From Balanoglossus misakiensis (taxonomy: Eukaryota; Animalia; Hemichordata), in the NCBI GenBank assembly GCA_040954595.2, contig CM082593.2, positions 4,047,434 through 4,111,433 on the forward strand: a DNA stretch of 64,000 bases, written 5' to 3'. This document shows, piece after piece, positions 1-15,100 of the stretch. The notes under the pieces are model-generated. The model ran no database searches. It saw nothing but the letters and a program-made list of their open reading frames with translations, and was not told where the DNA came from. Both the position numbers and the translations under genes were made by a program. How positions within the stretch are numbered: position 1 is the stretch's first letter; every line of letters begins with the position of its first letter.

Positions 1-2663
1 AAACGCATCCCGTAAACAAGGTCCATATTGAGCCATTCGTTCAGGTATGCAATGATAACATAGCCATTCTCCCTGTAATCTAATTCCTGTGGTTTCTGTC
101 ATAATTTGACTGCAGTCTCTGCGTACTTCCATGTTGTGATCTGTGATTTCCTTCGGACCACACACTAAAAAACCTCAAGATTTCCAAGAGCATATTACAC
201 TGTGTACGGTGACACCTTTTACCAATTAACTTCACATTGCGTGTGAAATGATCAGTAATAAACTTTCCTTACGTAGATTGTATCACTGTTACTATGGTGA
301 CAGCTCCAGACTTCCACAGGGACAAAGTTGTTGAGTATAGACGTGCAAACTTTTTTTTAGTTGCTATCCAGCAGTGATATGAAACGAGCGCCGGTATGTT
401 TTAAATTCTTGAAATTTACCATGCTTTCATGAAGATAAGAAAACCACAGTAGTGGAAACAACACTTAAAAAGTTATCAAAAAATTCAGCTACTGTTGTGT
501 TGCAATACAGAAATGTGTGCATATATAATTGAACAAATATAATAAATTGGTTGCAACCACAATAAGACTGCCTCCATGTTTGTATCAGATCAATGAAACC
601 CTACCAAGATTAAATAAATATTTTTGGTAGTTGACAAAATTGCTTGTGGTTATTTAACAATTTTCTAAACAAACGCTATTGGTGATTGCTAAAGCATATG
701 TAAATATTGATACATGTGTGTAGACCAATTAATTACCTTCAATGTAAATGTTTAGAGTACTGTAATTATAGGTACAGTATCATTTCATCGGGTTTCCCTT
801 ACATTTTCTACCCATAGGATATATACTGATAGATGCATTGCATGTCTGTCGAGCTAAACACATCATGCCAACCTTTATTCCACATACACTATCCCTGACA
901 CAACGCAAATTCTGATTGAAGAAGACAAGAAAATCTCTGTCATCAATTGAAACAGACTGTATAAACATATTTGCTATTACAGTAACATTGGAAAGTCACT
1001 GCAGAAACAAAGATCATCTGTCAGGTCATGACCCGAAATTATTTGTCCAAGATTATATCTATAGCTGCTGGTGCATCCTGTTGATAGAACTGGGTGTTTT
1101 TTATTGCTCAGAAAATGTCTGTCTTGAACACTGAAAGTTTCTTGGTTTTACAATAATTCTTCACCCGATATCTAGAGTCTTCAGTGGGTTGAAGTACTCA
1201 GAAGTTGATGTCTGCCACGCTTTATTGTTTTAAGATCAGCTTCTCGGATTAACCCTGGCACTCTTTTCTCCAATTTTCCAATTACCGCATTTCAAAGGGA
1301 GTTAAACAGATCACAGTTGAGATGAAAGATGTGGACTTAAGATAAACAACACTGGTCAAAACAAATTCTATGAATATTTCTGGGATTACTGGTGAATGTT
1401 GTGAATATGGCTAAAGACATACCATATACTCAACCTTTCCATAGAGAGCAATATACTTTGACCAAGAAATTGGGGTTAGAGGAACTTCTCGAGAACCAGG
1501 CTTTGCTGCTAGTCTTTAGCCACTGTCTCGAGAAGCAAATGTTAAAAAGGCACATCCTTACAATGTGTCTTGTGCTGATTTGTGTTCTCTGTAACTAGAA
1601 CAGCAAGATGACTTCCCCACAATGAAATGTGAAGTCACCAAAACTATAATTTCACTTTTACCACTTAAACTGATGTTGTTGTGACTTTCTGTTTTCTTGC
1701 AGCCCAGCATATTTGGCACAATCACTAAAGACAAAGTAGTCGGCAAAGATGACTCCAAGAGGGTAAGTAAATGACTTCTTTAATGCACACATCCAGGCAT
1801 TGCCGCATGGGGGCGCTAAACACAGTTCTCTCTGTAGATAGCGCCCCAGTCGGCGAATTTGTACACAATCTGTAAGTTTACCCATCAATGGGAACCAAAA
1901 CTGCCGCACGCAGTCACACACGTAACCACATCTTCCAGCTCTTCCAATATCATGACCTTCGCTTTTAAAACACTATCATCTGAAATTACCCTGTACACCA
2001 ACTTTTACTTTTAAAAAAATAGATAGCACTCTTCTAGTCTGGCAAGTTTTTATAATCTCATCCCAGTTGCCGTCTTGGCGATGTGGGTAAAACATTTCCT
2101 ATCAAGTACTCCATCACTCAAACAAAAATAAACTGTGAAAGATTAGACTAAAGGCCTTTATTGACATTACTCTTGCTGTGAGATAATATTCTATGTTTAT
2201 ATCAGCCAGTGGTCTATTTTTAGAAAGCCTACCAGAGTACTTGGATGACCTTGGTCGCAGTGTCATCAGTGTGTGTGGTGGATAAAAGGGAATGGCAATA
2301 CTAGATATTCTGCAGCTGTGTGCTGGATAACAGACTTTCCTCATGTTGGTTCATGAGTCAATGGTTGGCATAATTAACAGTGTCTGCTTTGTGTATAAAA
2401 TAAACAGTAAGAAGTCCAACAGGGGAACATGCATAACACTCGCAGCATAACAGTAACGCATCCACACTATACCACATAAACATAAATGGTGCTGCGATTG
2501 GATATTTGAAACACAGGCTTGAAGAAACTGTGCACTAGGGGAGATGGATTGACTGAAATGTAAACACACATGAAACCCTAACAGAGTACATCTGATGCAT
2601 AGGATCAACTGCATGTGTACTACGATGTAGGAAATTACATTTATAGTTTTGAGCCCTGTGGTA

Positions 2664-2695
2664 TAGCCTGGTCTCTGGGTATGGAGACCAGGTTA
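2664..2695. mobile_element. Collapsed relic of the same TAGCCTGG-ended MITE family
   Basis: tagcctggtctctgggtatggagaccaggtta; its right part nearly matches tgggtatggtgaccaggcta at 56518-56537. No TSD seen. Confidence 0.6.
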
Positions 2696-5600
2696 GTTGA
2701 GCTAGGGCCTTTACTAGTAAATTGAAGCAGAGAGAAACACAGCTCTTGCACTACAAGTTAATGGGGCATCGTGCTGAGGCCCCCCAGGTCCATCCCAGGC
2801 AGATCAGTGACACAATCACCCAGAAATAGAAAGTAGTGGTAACCATCCATATTTGGAAAAAACTCTGTGTGCCGCAGACTGGGGCAACCATTCAACCCTG
2901 CGCACACACACAGAGACTATTGTGAATGGAACCACTGGCTTTTCTCTGTTTACTCCAGCCGCGCTCAATGAATTTTCTGAAAGGCTAGTTCGGAAGTGGG
3001 CCTTGGTATTATCTGCAGGTAGGTAATCACGGTAGCTATTGTCACATCCTGTTGTACCGTTGTGACTTTTGTAATGATTTCGCATCATCCTCTCTTTACA
3101 TCTGGATTTAAGTTGATTAGCTGATGAAAGTACCAGCATTTACCAGCGGCGGGGATGTTTACTGGAACCCACGCTGCCCACCCCTGCGTCGACAGTGGTT
3201 GGTCGCGAGATTAGATAGGTCAAGCACTCTGAGTGGCAGTGGGGCATGCAATCTGCCTGGCTTGCTTCATGGATTTTTTAAGCTGAAATGTTACTCTGAC
3301 AGCGTTGTCAACCACCCCGGAATTGCCAGTTGTACAGTTTGAAAGCGTCCGATCGACTTCTGTGAGTATGCAGGTGTATCTTTGTCATTTTCGAGGGGTT
3401 TTAAACCTCCGGGTTGGCGCAGTCGATGCTTGCGGTTTTTGCGGGTCAGGTCAGAATCGGTGTAGTCATGTTGGTATGTGTATGATAGCTAGATGAGCTG
3501 CATTTGTTTTCATTGCTAATGCTGAAGCCGTACAGGCACGCGGTGATATTCGACTAATGCAGACAGTGCTGACGCCTGGGCTCGTTGCGTGTGTGTCGCA
3601 AACAGATCTCCCCCATCACGGACAAGATCCTGAGGAGATAGCAGCATTGATTTTTCGGCTGCATCAAGGGAAATTGCAATCTAATAGCACTCACTGGACT
3701 TGCTTTTAATGTTTAAACCAAGCAGTCTGAACATTGGCCAGACAGAATTGACCATTGATCAAAACATACATTTTACGCCAAAACATAGATTGTCATCTGA
3801 GCGCGGGAAACCGGAAACAACCTGTGCCAATCAAATGATTGTCAAAATGTCGAGTTTAAGTGGTGTACCGTGTACTTTTCTATCTGTAACTTTGTTGACA
3901 TAATGTTTACACTACTGTTTGCCAATATGATCCAGGTCAGCTATTATCACAATGGACATAGACAAAAAAAATGGCTGAGATTTTGCATATTAATTCCACA
4001 AACGGAAGAGTTTCACATTACTGTTTGTTGAACTGTGCATAGGTTTCAGTTTCATTACTCCCATGGTTTGCTATCGAGCGCTGAACACATCAGGAAGGGA
4101 AGATAAGGTCTTGTCCTCAAAAATGTTGAGAGGGTAAAAATCTCCCAAAAGATGTGCCAAGGGAATTGGAGTGGGGACCAAACAAACCAAACAGGTATAG
4201 CCCCGGCCCATTTGTATTCAAATTAGCAGAACAAGTTGTTGCATGTTGACCAGAATAGGAATATTGTCAGTTGAAAAGAGTAAACACTTGTAACATTTAC
4301 AGGGTCCAAAACCAGTCAAAGTGGGTTTACATTATTTCTAGGTGGGATATATATTGACAAATTGTTGCCAAGGGTTTTGTATGGCTTCCTTGGCCATTTG
4401 AGCCGGAATTTCTCAGTGCGGTTCCGACTATATGGAAGGGTACAATGGGGGAAATTTGGGAAGTGTTAGTCAAAAACAGGATTATCTAGAAAGCTCATGC
4501 ATGAAATGGAAAGTGGATGTTTGTAGTTAACAGATTAATCAAAACCAGGTCAAAGTAGTGTATGTAGAAGATATGATCTTGATGTAAACAATTTTCTCTG
4601 TAGTGCCAGCTTCAGATTTTGGCTGAGAGTGTGAGAAAACCAAATGTTGAAAGGTACTCCAAAAATAACAGGTTTGAGTCACTGTGCAAAAAATGACAAA
4701 TTTGCTACTAACGTTGAGGCAGATTTATTCTAATATGCATATTTTTTCAATTGATAAATTGACATGGTAATCTCTCTGGTGGCATGTGTTATATAATTAA
4801 GCTGCTGTCGCTGGCATTTTTCAAATAACATATTGACATCCGATCTGACCCTTATCAAATTAAAACTACTTCCAATTAACAGACCTATACATTGGAGGTC
4901 TCTTTCAGAAAGCAGTAATTCATTACGTGTCTACATGTTATTTGAAAATGTATTTTTATTGACTTTGTTCAGTATGATAAAAACTGGTAATCTCTGTCAC
5001 CATGGTGATTATAGATCTTGATTAACATATTATTGACTGTTGAATATCACGAGTATTAAAGCCAGATTATTGATTTCTCAACGCAGCTACGATTTCACTG
5101 GAAAGTGGAGAATGATTGAACTCTCGATATCATGACTACCACATCACAACTCTTTCCTCTCCCTTCATTCGACAAAACAGGTTTTAATTTTAGCAGGTAG
5201 TTGAGTCATTGTTTTACTCATTGGGCGTGGGGAGGGGTCTGCTGGTATTGGCAATACCTAACTGTATTCCCTGCCCCTTCGATTAGATGACAGTATTTTT
5301 GCAATTTTAACTGAACCAGTCTAATCAATAAAAAGAAATCATGAAACCATTTACAGTTGAAGACACCACTAGGACCGATGGAAATTCGAGTATTTTTTCT
5401 AGGAAAAAAATGGAAGTCTTATTGATAAGAGCGATTGTGTTGATATGCGTGTGATGAACAATCATGTGTTGTCTGTAGGAGAAAACTTAGAGCCTCTCTC
5501 AGTATTTGTCCATGTACTGAACCATGAAACAATTTAAATTGGTTTTGTAATTGGAGATTGACGACTGATTGGTCATGATCAGATCACAGACATGCGTTAC

Positions 5601-7135
5601 CTGAACCCATGTATGGTACATTATCATAGATCCATTATTGAAGTCAGCATTAGCTCCCAGTAATGGAGAAGGTCTTTGCTCATCTTCAGTGACTTCAGGC
5701 AAAGATGTCGAGATAGAATGTTGTCATTTACAGATGCTTACACACGACTGTGTCATAAAAACTTTATTATGTAAAGATATACCATAAGACACAGGATCAG
5801 TTACCCATTTTTTCGCTGGAGAATTTTTATGCAGTGAAATATATGAATCTGCCATGCTTCTGTGACAATCTCTGAATCTGTGAATTTATTTGCAAAGGAA
5901 ACCAGTGGCGTCGTTTTGGCTCTGCTCCAGTCTGTATTTGTGAATCTTTCCTGGTGCTATGCTGTTCACGTAATGTAAGGAGATGTTTAAACTAACAAAG
6001 CCAATATTACCTACAGGCATTTGTCACGTTCAACCCCTTTTCCCCTTTCACCTCTGTAGAGGTGACCAGCTTTTACCATAAAAAACAATGGAGTTGAACC
6101 AAACCAAAGTAAACAATGGGGTTGTTGGACCATACTGAAGTCCAAAATAGAAAGGGTTAATACTAGCGTAGGAATCGGATCAACCCTGTTTTTGGCCAGA
6201 CTTTGTGTTAGTACGTTTCTATGGCTACGTTTGCCACATCTTGTATTTGACTCAGTCAAAAGATGTGAATGTGTTTGGCCTTAGCCTGACATCACCCTGG
6301 TCTTAGTTGAGGTCCCATGGGTGTTGTGCTAAAGGGTCAACTAAGGACCAGTCAGGAAGCTGTGACTTGAATTCTAGGCAATCTAAAGAGTGTTCCTTCC
6401 AGCCAAACTGTAGCATCTGATTTACTATTGCTTAAAGTTCACAACAAAAAAATTACCTGCGAAAATGTTATTTACTACCGAGCCCCAGGGATGAAGACTT
6501 TTCATGTCTGATATTGCAGTCTGCTAAACTAAATCTAATTTATAGCGAGATATCCGTATGACATATCAACCCTATAAAGAACATCAGAAAACATATCTAG
6601 AAAGATTCATGATCAACTTGGTTGGTTTGTTGGAGGTCCGGGTCGAACTTCGGAACACAAGGTCAGAGGTGACGACTACTTTTAGAGATTTGCAGACGGA
6701 TGGAATAACTGGATGGCATAAGATATGACAAAGTGTCAGAAACTAATGATGATTTATGGCGATTGGAAAATTCCTTTAATTATCGTTGTAAATTAGATGA
6801 CAATTTCTAGGGAAGCTTGTTTGCTCTGTGGTAGGTTTCTGATGTATTTTGGTTTGGTATGAGAAGATATAAATAGCAAAATATTCCAATTCATCCAGTG
6901 TTTGTTCGTGTGGCCTTAATTCACCGACCATATCCTGTTGGGGTCTGCTTGTGAAGTCTGATGTTGGCAGTACAGAGAAGGCATTCTTTATATGAGTGAT
7001 ATGTACATCTGGGTGTTGTGTGCTGCAACATGTGTTTAGCAGATGGGTGTTAAACCGTCAGCCAGATCTTCTGTGCAACACCTACGCCGTATCATATTCA
7101 AATTGTGGTCTGGAGGATTTCCAACTCTACTGGAA

Positions 7136-7136
<1 letters not shown>

Positions 7137-7188
<52 letters not shown>
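7137..7188. repeat. (AC)n microsatellite, about 26 units
   Basis: Perfect acacac run; gives the HTHT/CVCV artefacts in the ORF track. Confidence 0.97.
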
Positions 7189-7190
<2 letters not shown>

Positions 7191-10100
7191 GACCTGTGTA
7201 TTCTCAGCTTTTTCATCTTAAAGTGTAACTTATTACTGTCAAGGGTTATCTTAATGTCACTTGTCATAAGTCGTTCAGTCCGACCTCTGACCCTGTTGTA
7301 TACCAGGGCCATATACCGACCCTTACTGCAATACACACCTGTCATAGCTAGCGAGAGAACTAGTCCACACTTTCTGAAGTCCAGTCCTTTTCTTGTATTC
7401 AAGTGTGGTCTTGAATGCATTTCACATATTCCAGAAGGCTTTGAATGATGAAAATCAGGAAAAGGAAATTTTCGATGCTGGAGAAATAATTTACCAATTT
7501 GCATCATAAACTTCCATAAACATTTGTGAAATTATCAAGATTCCAAATGCATTGTGGCATTTCAAGTTCAAGTGCCTGATTGGTGAAAATTTCAGCGTTA
7601 GGGTGTGTCTGATGTTTTACTTTCTAAACTGATAACAACAGTGGTGTACTTGCATGAGTAATGCCAGAATCATTATTTGCTCATGCACTGGATGATAAGA
7701 CTGGTAATAAAAGCCTGGTTTGCCTTATGACTCATCTAATTACTGTTATCAGTTGAGATGAATCATAGATATCAACCACATGCTCAAGCACAGGGTATCA
7801 AATAATAATTACCCTACCCTAGTCATCAATTTTTAAAGACACAAAAGGGTACCTAGCTATGATGTACAATTCAGCTGCAGTCTGTCGGCCAGGTTCTGTC
7901 CACATCTCATTTTCTCTCTCATACTTTGTTTAGTCTGATTGTGCCAGTTTTAGTCTTACAGGATGTACTTGGTTATATTTTCGTGATCTCTAGGAGGTAG
8001 AATTCGACCCTTAACTGTCAACTGTGGCGTACATTTTCGTTTTATTTGTTGCATTCTTTAAAGTCTGATGTTGACAATAGCGCCTCAATTGGCTTCATTA
8101 ACGCAGATTGTAAAGATATTAACATGAAACAATTAAAGTGAATTGTTTGTGTACATTCTCTGCATGTTTGCCATGCTTTGTTGCTGGTGTACAGTCAAAA
8201 TATCCGAGAAGCTAGGGAGTTTGGTCTAGGGTTCCCCGGGCAACCAAAATGGAAGCCATTGCTGAATGGAGACAATCGTCAAGAAGCCACACAAGGGCTT
8301 TGTGCTCAGAAAATGGAGCCACCCTTTCCACAAAGTGTCTACGCTGTCAACACCTGTGACACAGCCATACAATAACCATTGTTGTATTACATCAGATAAT
8401 GCCTCCACCCTAGAGAATTTATATCTCTGATAGTCGAACATCTCCTTTTGTTCATTCAAACTTGAGTGATGGTACACATAAAATTGATGACAGGTCATCC
8501 ACTGTGGAATGCAGTATTTTAATTAGACTAGACTGGTATTTTTTTATCAATGAAAGACCCCCCACACCCCCAGCAGAAAAACATCTACAATGGAAGCCAT
8601 TAAAAGATAGCTAGCCGCAACCTGATTGGTCCAGCAACCATTTCCTGTTCAACTTAATCTAAAAAGGAAACAGTGATTAATAAATAGCCTGCAATGGGGA
8701 GGTCTTCACACATGGCTGTTGCAAAGCCTCAGTAATTCCATGTAACTGAACTGAAGTGTACGATGTCTGTACTATACAAGTAGATACAATCATTGCAACA
8801 CAGCTCAGAAAACGAAGTTCTTGTAAACAAACACCTTGTTTTGAATAGGAGGCCTTCTACTCAACATCATCTGAAATATTCCTTTCAACTCTGAGAAAGA
8901 AGGGTGGAAAAACAACTTAAATACCGCACCATTGTCAACTCTATCAGATCAAGGACTGACCAAAACAACAGCGTCGGGAAATTCTCGGCTGGCTTTGTTG
9001 TGTCTCAGGGAATCTTGGGAATTTGAACCATTTTATCAGAATCAAGTTGTTTACAGCTACCTCGGGCTGTGTAATTCAAGCCTCTGCATTGTTCTTCCTG
9101 TGTTCTTCTGCGGTGAATCTCTTTAATACAGGCAGTGTGGAACTATCTCCACTTTGATAGTGACTCCTTATGTCTTGTACTTGACCATAGTGAACACATT
9201 TGAAAGTGTGCTAGTATGTAATCTATGAAATACTCTATTTGATATATACAAACCAGATTTATTTATTTTCATATCTGACCCTGCTTGACTGATATCACAG
9301 AAAAATTGATAACAGTTACTGTTGTTGTCTGCCTAGTTAGGGTTTACACCTACACTCTTGGTAACATGCATGTGTTGTAAGTAGGATTCAGTCAGTCTCC
9401 TATGGTACCATTACTTGTACTGTCACATTGATGATCAGTATGACTGAAGTCACCATGATGACCATTGCCCCAGTACGTCCCAAAGAATGTGCGTAAGATC
9501 ATCAGGTTTTATTTACAACTTACAAGACATTCGAAAAACATCAGAATTAGCCACCTGTGTTTGGGAAGTGTCTCTTGGTAACCGTGAGTGGAAACTTCAT
9601 GCATTTGAACTGGTGATTGTAACGTGTCTGTCATAGTTTGTTGAAATTGACAATTGTTAGATTTGTGAAAAACGTTCAATATTTTGAGAGTTATTCAGCC
9701 ATGAAAACACATATGGCTGTGTCCTTAATCTGACATTGTGTATTATTGACTCTTCTCACCAGACTCGATCTCCAAGTTGTTTTTTCTACAATACTCACCC
9801 CTGTGAAATGCAAACATGATTTATATCCAGTACAAAGTATTTTACTTGTTTATACCCAACGTGAATTTCTGAACAGTTTTTATCCAATGACTAACCAGCT
9901 GGGTCATCCTACGCACATACTTGTGGTATTTCGTCAGGTCATACCATTTATAAGAGGGGTGTTCGATGTCGGTGGCCAGGTTAAGCATTTGACGGAATGT
10001 AAACCGAATTAAAATTAAATGAGCATTCAACTTTTCTTGAGGTATATACTTCTTAAATTCCTGAGTTAGAGCAGAAATATGGATTTTATATTATATTATC

Positions 10101-10276
10101 AAAGCAGTGATTGTGACAGTAGTTTACAAACACCCCCGTGATGGCATTGTCGGGTCCGAAAGGAAGTATGTCCCACAAGTCCTTGGAATGCGGTTTGTAA
10201 TATCTGGTTCATAGTAGGAGTATGTTACCAGACATATTGTTGACTTGTTCAGTTGAACCTGTGTCCGCTATTCATC

Positions 10277-10324
10277 ATGGATGTACGCCAAGTCGCTAAT
10301 GAAGTTTTGACTGAATTTCTACTG
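10277..10324 (+). CDS. Candidate upstream first coding exon of RASGEF1 (MDVRQVANEVLTEFLL)
   Basis: ATG at 10277, 16 codons, then CTG|gtaaga donor in phase 0; joins in frame to acceptor ttttgcag|AGAAGC at 12160. Confidence 0.5.
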
Positions 10325-12192
10325 GTAAGATAAACTATATTAACAATGCTCTTCTTAGTTCCAAGATTTCTTCTACCGGGGCAAAGATGGTAGTCTTAAA
10401 TACATCAGTCTCATTTTCCGATTTGATGGAATTCACGTGAGGCAATTCCGCAGCATCTGATGTTCAGATGTCTTGTTTTATGGCAACAGGTTCTGGAAGA
10501 TTCCTGTGTATTGCCTATTTGCATTGTGATCTGTGTCAAGTATTTCTTTCTGTTGGAATGTTTGAAGATGGTGAAGCTCTGGATAGCAGAACATCAGGCA
10601 TCAGTAACACACTATGTGTATAGACTTTTATTTCGGTACCTCATTTGGTTGTCACGTATAGCACATCAGCTTTCAAAGCTTCTGGAATCAAATACAATGC
10701 TATAGGTAACTTTGTCATAGTTACTATCCTTGGATTTTCCAGAAACATTGTTATCAGTTGTAAGTTAGAACGCAATGTTGTTTTCTGCACACTTGATGCT
10801 GTTGTTGTAATCTTGGAAAACAAAATAATTCACCATGGCACCACGCAATTATGTTGGTCCCCATCGTGTGTGTGGTATGTGCCTAGGCAAGAGTGTAATA
10901 CTAGTTAATTCCATCTTGCATCAGGTTTTTCAGTTCATGGTTGCACAAAATATAGAGAGCATATGTACCGGTATACCTGCTGTTCTGTGTGTAAGGACAA
11001 AAAACACAACCACACGATATCCGCAGAACATTTAAGGTCATCACGTATACATCTTACAACATTGTTATTCTGTTTACAAACAATGTTCCAGTGACTTTCA
11101 CACCTATTCAGTTTTGCCTTCTTACAGGATTACAATATGTAATATATGTACAAAAACAAAGACGGCTGGTCTTAGTTCAGAAATGCCTGCAAATTGTTTT
11201 GTCTGTAAATTAGCGTAACGGTTGTAATGTGTGTTTTTGTTTCATCGGTTTATGGGTTTTCCGTTTCCTGAGTTCAGTGCTAGACTGGGTCTGTTTCAGG
11301 AAAAGGTCATCACGTAGGCACCTATAGTAAGACCTTGATTATTTTTCCAGCTTGTAGCATAGCATAGCATCCTGATTTGATAGACAGGTCAAAGGTTAAC
11401 CAGCACAGAAATTGTCCTTATTCACCTTGGTGAGACATATGGTTCTACAAAAATTCTTTTGTTTTTTGTGTGTGCGATATTCAGACATTTTGCTTTAATT
11501 AAAAGAACTGGAAAATCCCTTTGAGCTTATAAACACAAAATGTATTTATCCAGCCAGTCACATGCTGGACAACCCACAGTTACATTTAGTACAGATAGAG
11601 CAATCTGCTACCATTGCTCAGAAACGTGATTCTTTAATCTGTAACTGGCTGTTGTGTTGCTGTTAATTTCAACAAAAAATAACACCACATATCCATCAGC
11701 CCCCGGGCTAACACAAGCTGACACAGTCACAGCAATTGAAAATCCGTTAAAACTCAACAATCAAAACTGGAACTGACCAATCAACCTGCTGCTAGTTCAT
11801 CCGTTGTCATCATTCGCTAGTGAAAATTTTGATACAAGAAATATTACTGACGGTATTGTATTTCGTTTTGAATGTATATCGATTAAAACAGATTCTCTTC
11901 TTTCAGTCCTTCTGTACAGAGAGCGGAAAAGGGAGCCTTCTACATTCTACTCGAGTTAAAAATGTACAAAATTTTCATATGGACGTACATGTACATGTCC
12001 ATTTGCCGTGATGAATCAGTTTACGTGTCAGTACAAGACAAATATATGATCGGAAAATGAGCGGGCTGCACGATACTTATGTCAGACCGGATGGCAATTG
12101 AATTCTATTTATTCAGATTTCTAACGTTGCCATATTTTATCCCCGCTTGTGTTTTGCAGAGAAGCCTTCCGCAGACATCCAACCTGGCCACC

Positions 12193-15100
12193 ATGTTCGC
12201 CTACCATCACCACGGCAGAGGGATGGTCAACGGCCATATTGGAATGAACGGTGGAGTTGGAATCAACAGATCCGGCGGTCTCACTACCAGTTCCACTCTC
12301 ATCACGGACTGTGATGACCAAAGGCTTATCGATAGCAACGTAAGTGCATTTCAAATTTGGTTTATGATCAGGCCACCGTCCCTCTATCCCGTGACCACTC
12401 ATTGTTGTCAGGCCGTTTGATAGCTTTCATTTCTTGATAATTCATAAATTTATGTTAGTTCATAATTTATGTCTTGTCAAGTTTATGGACAGCATTTCTG
12501 AGAAGTCCTTGCAAGGGAAATTCAAAACAGGAAAAGTTCTGGAATTCTGTGAGTAAACAACTCCAGGAAATTCCAGAAGAACTGTTTTGCCACCTATGTT
12601 CATAGTGATAAATCTGCAGCAACTCATATGCAATTATCATCATCCTTTACGACAGATCAAATTTCTTCTTCACGGCCTGTGACATTTTGTCATGAAAAAT
12701 TATTATCAGAATATTTCACTCATGACATGTTGTCCCCTGTACTGAAGTTTGAACAGTGTTGATGGAAGTATTTAAGACATATTTATAGTCAGTTGAAATA
12801 CTAGTGCACGTAAAGAGGAAATATAATTGAGAGGACGAGGAACAACATCTTTTGGCTGATTATAAACAACGGAGGTTAGATATCCCAGAACTGCTTGAGT
12901 TGAACATCGCCCTCTATCAGTCATGTGTGTAACTACACGTTTAGTGACAGATGGTCATAAGTGTAAGTAGGTGACCACGTCACTCGGATTATTTATATCC
13001 ACGCTTTCCATTCCACTCACGATTTGAACAGCCCCAATTTTTTCACAATAACCAAGAAATGCCAATAGCGATATACATATGAAGTCAGCATAATTGTTGT
13101 GTCCACCATTTCGTGTGAACGCTTCCATTGTTGTCTTCACACGACAATGTTTACAAATTTTATCTATTTCAAAAATTTAAATATGAAATGAAAATTACAA
13201 ACTTTATTGTTTGGATGAAACAAGGGTTATTTATAAATTCCGTTCGTTGTTGACACCCTTATGTTAAAGTGAGTTTACATCAAGTGTAAAATATTTCACA
13301 TTTTTGCTCAATATTTATAATGTTTGACCAGGCTGTTTGTGGTCTTCCTAGAGTTTAAAATACAGGCACAATAACAGTAGATCATATTTGAGTGGAACAT
13401 GTTTGTGAGGTTAATTTTGAGAAAGATCATGACGACAGGTTGACTATGGCGTTGAAAGGGATAAGAGTAACTGACTAGCATTGTATGTAACTGTGCATTA
13501 ACTTTTGTATTTGCCATTGTCTGAGTTAAGTACCTGTTGAATTTCTCACAGATACTTAGCTGGTCCAAAGTACCACCCAGAGGCATAGTGGCGTTCACGG
13601 GCAGTGACCAGTTCAGAATCAACAGCGAGTTTTTGGCTGCAAGGCAAAGTCTATTGTGTACATTGTCGTACAAATTCAGAGAATGACTTAATCCCATCAG
13701 GAGTTCTCAAGTTTCTGAGCACTTCAATGTGTTTTATGACATTTGGGTTCACTTTTCTCTTTTGGACCATTCCCTCATTTATAATTCTTAGAGCGCAATT
13801 TCATATTTTCATTTTCATTTAATAGAATGAATTATTTCCCTGACCTCTCCACATTATGTGTAAGCGTACATAGTACGGTTGGACAAGTGCACGTAGGTTA
13901 GGGTCACTGGGTCAGCGATATTACCATATGTTAATGCTACTGTTATGCTAAAAAGGATGATATCACAGGCTTATGTCAACCCTTGTGTGCGTATACACCA
14001 CAGTTCAAGTTGGCCTTGTCTACTGATCTGTAGGGGTGTCGAGGTTTCTGTAGTTACATTGACATGCGAATTCGGCTGTCTGCGACTCCTCTGTTTTTGA
14101 TTAATTACTGCGTGTAGTGGGCTCCAAAACACCACTGGACAAGAATTTCAATTGAGTCTCGGCGGTATTGTACAGCGCGCACTCAATGGAGGGTATTGTG
14201 CGGGGCTTTTATTGTGTGTGAATGGTTATTGAAAGGCCTCCGTTACTGGTGGGGATTGTTATTCATACCACGCATGACAAGAAAAGAACCCCCCGAATGA
14301 GTCACACACTCTCATACACTGCATGGTTTTTCCTTGAGGACAACGCGTAGTCACCATCAACCGGGGTGTGGTGGGGTCTCAAGCGTTTAACCCACTCTCA
14401 TCACAACGCGGGTAAGGAAAAAAAGGGGGGACCAGGAAACCATGGAGATTCTCCATGCTCCGAGATCCATCCGACCACCGTTTGCCGGATACCGAGTCCA
14501 GCACTACCGACCCAGATCCGTGTGCTTTGATTACAAGCGAGCAGATGTGAGTATATATATGTGGAGAAGGTTTTCTGGTTTGACCATGGAGTCTTAGCAT
14601 TGGTGCCGTGTACATGTACATGTACGTCACTCTTTAATGTTGTCATGATGTCTTCTCTTCCTGGTACACACATGAACTTTTTCATGAGGAATAGTACGGC
14701 AGTGTTTAGTCTGTTGCAGAGTTTAATATGTACTTGCCTTGGAACAGTTGTGAGACATGTAACCCAGCAATAGTATGACTCGCTCACCCTGTCGCATTTG
14801 TTAATGAAATGGGAAGTTTGAGGTTCCACTAATGATGGAAACGCTTCCACAAATCACATCTTAACAGGTGTTGGTTAATTTTGGATATAGTCTGCTGTTG
14901 ATATACATTCAGCCGTTGTTGAGACTGGTTGAAAATTTACACAGAGGTGCATTAATAGTCAGTTGACCTTTTATTTGACTGGTGAAAGTGGTGAATATTG
15001 GCCGAGTGTAGATCGGCATTGTATGGCTTCATAGGTTCTCAGTGGCGTCTGCACATACTGTGTACATTGCTATACAAAGACCGCTGTGTTGGTGTTTGCC

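Noticed and set aside
6996-7507. ORFs of 126-150 aa with HTHT/CVCV runs
   Set aside because: Translation of the (AC)n microsatellite.
1-10200. Numerous 60-107 aa ORFs in the first 10 kb
   Set aside because: No recognisable domains or consistent splice chains; probably intronic or upstream regulatory DNA of RASGEF1.
13552-13645. Possible RASGEF1 cassette exon after a ctcacag acceptor
   Set aside because: No canonical in-phase donor and no similarity to the family.
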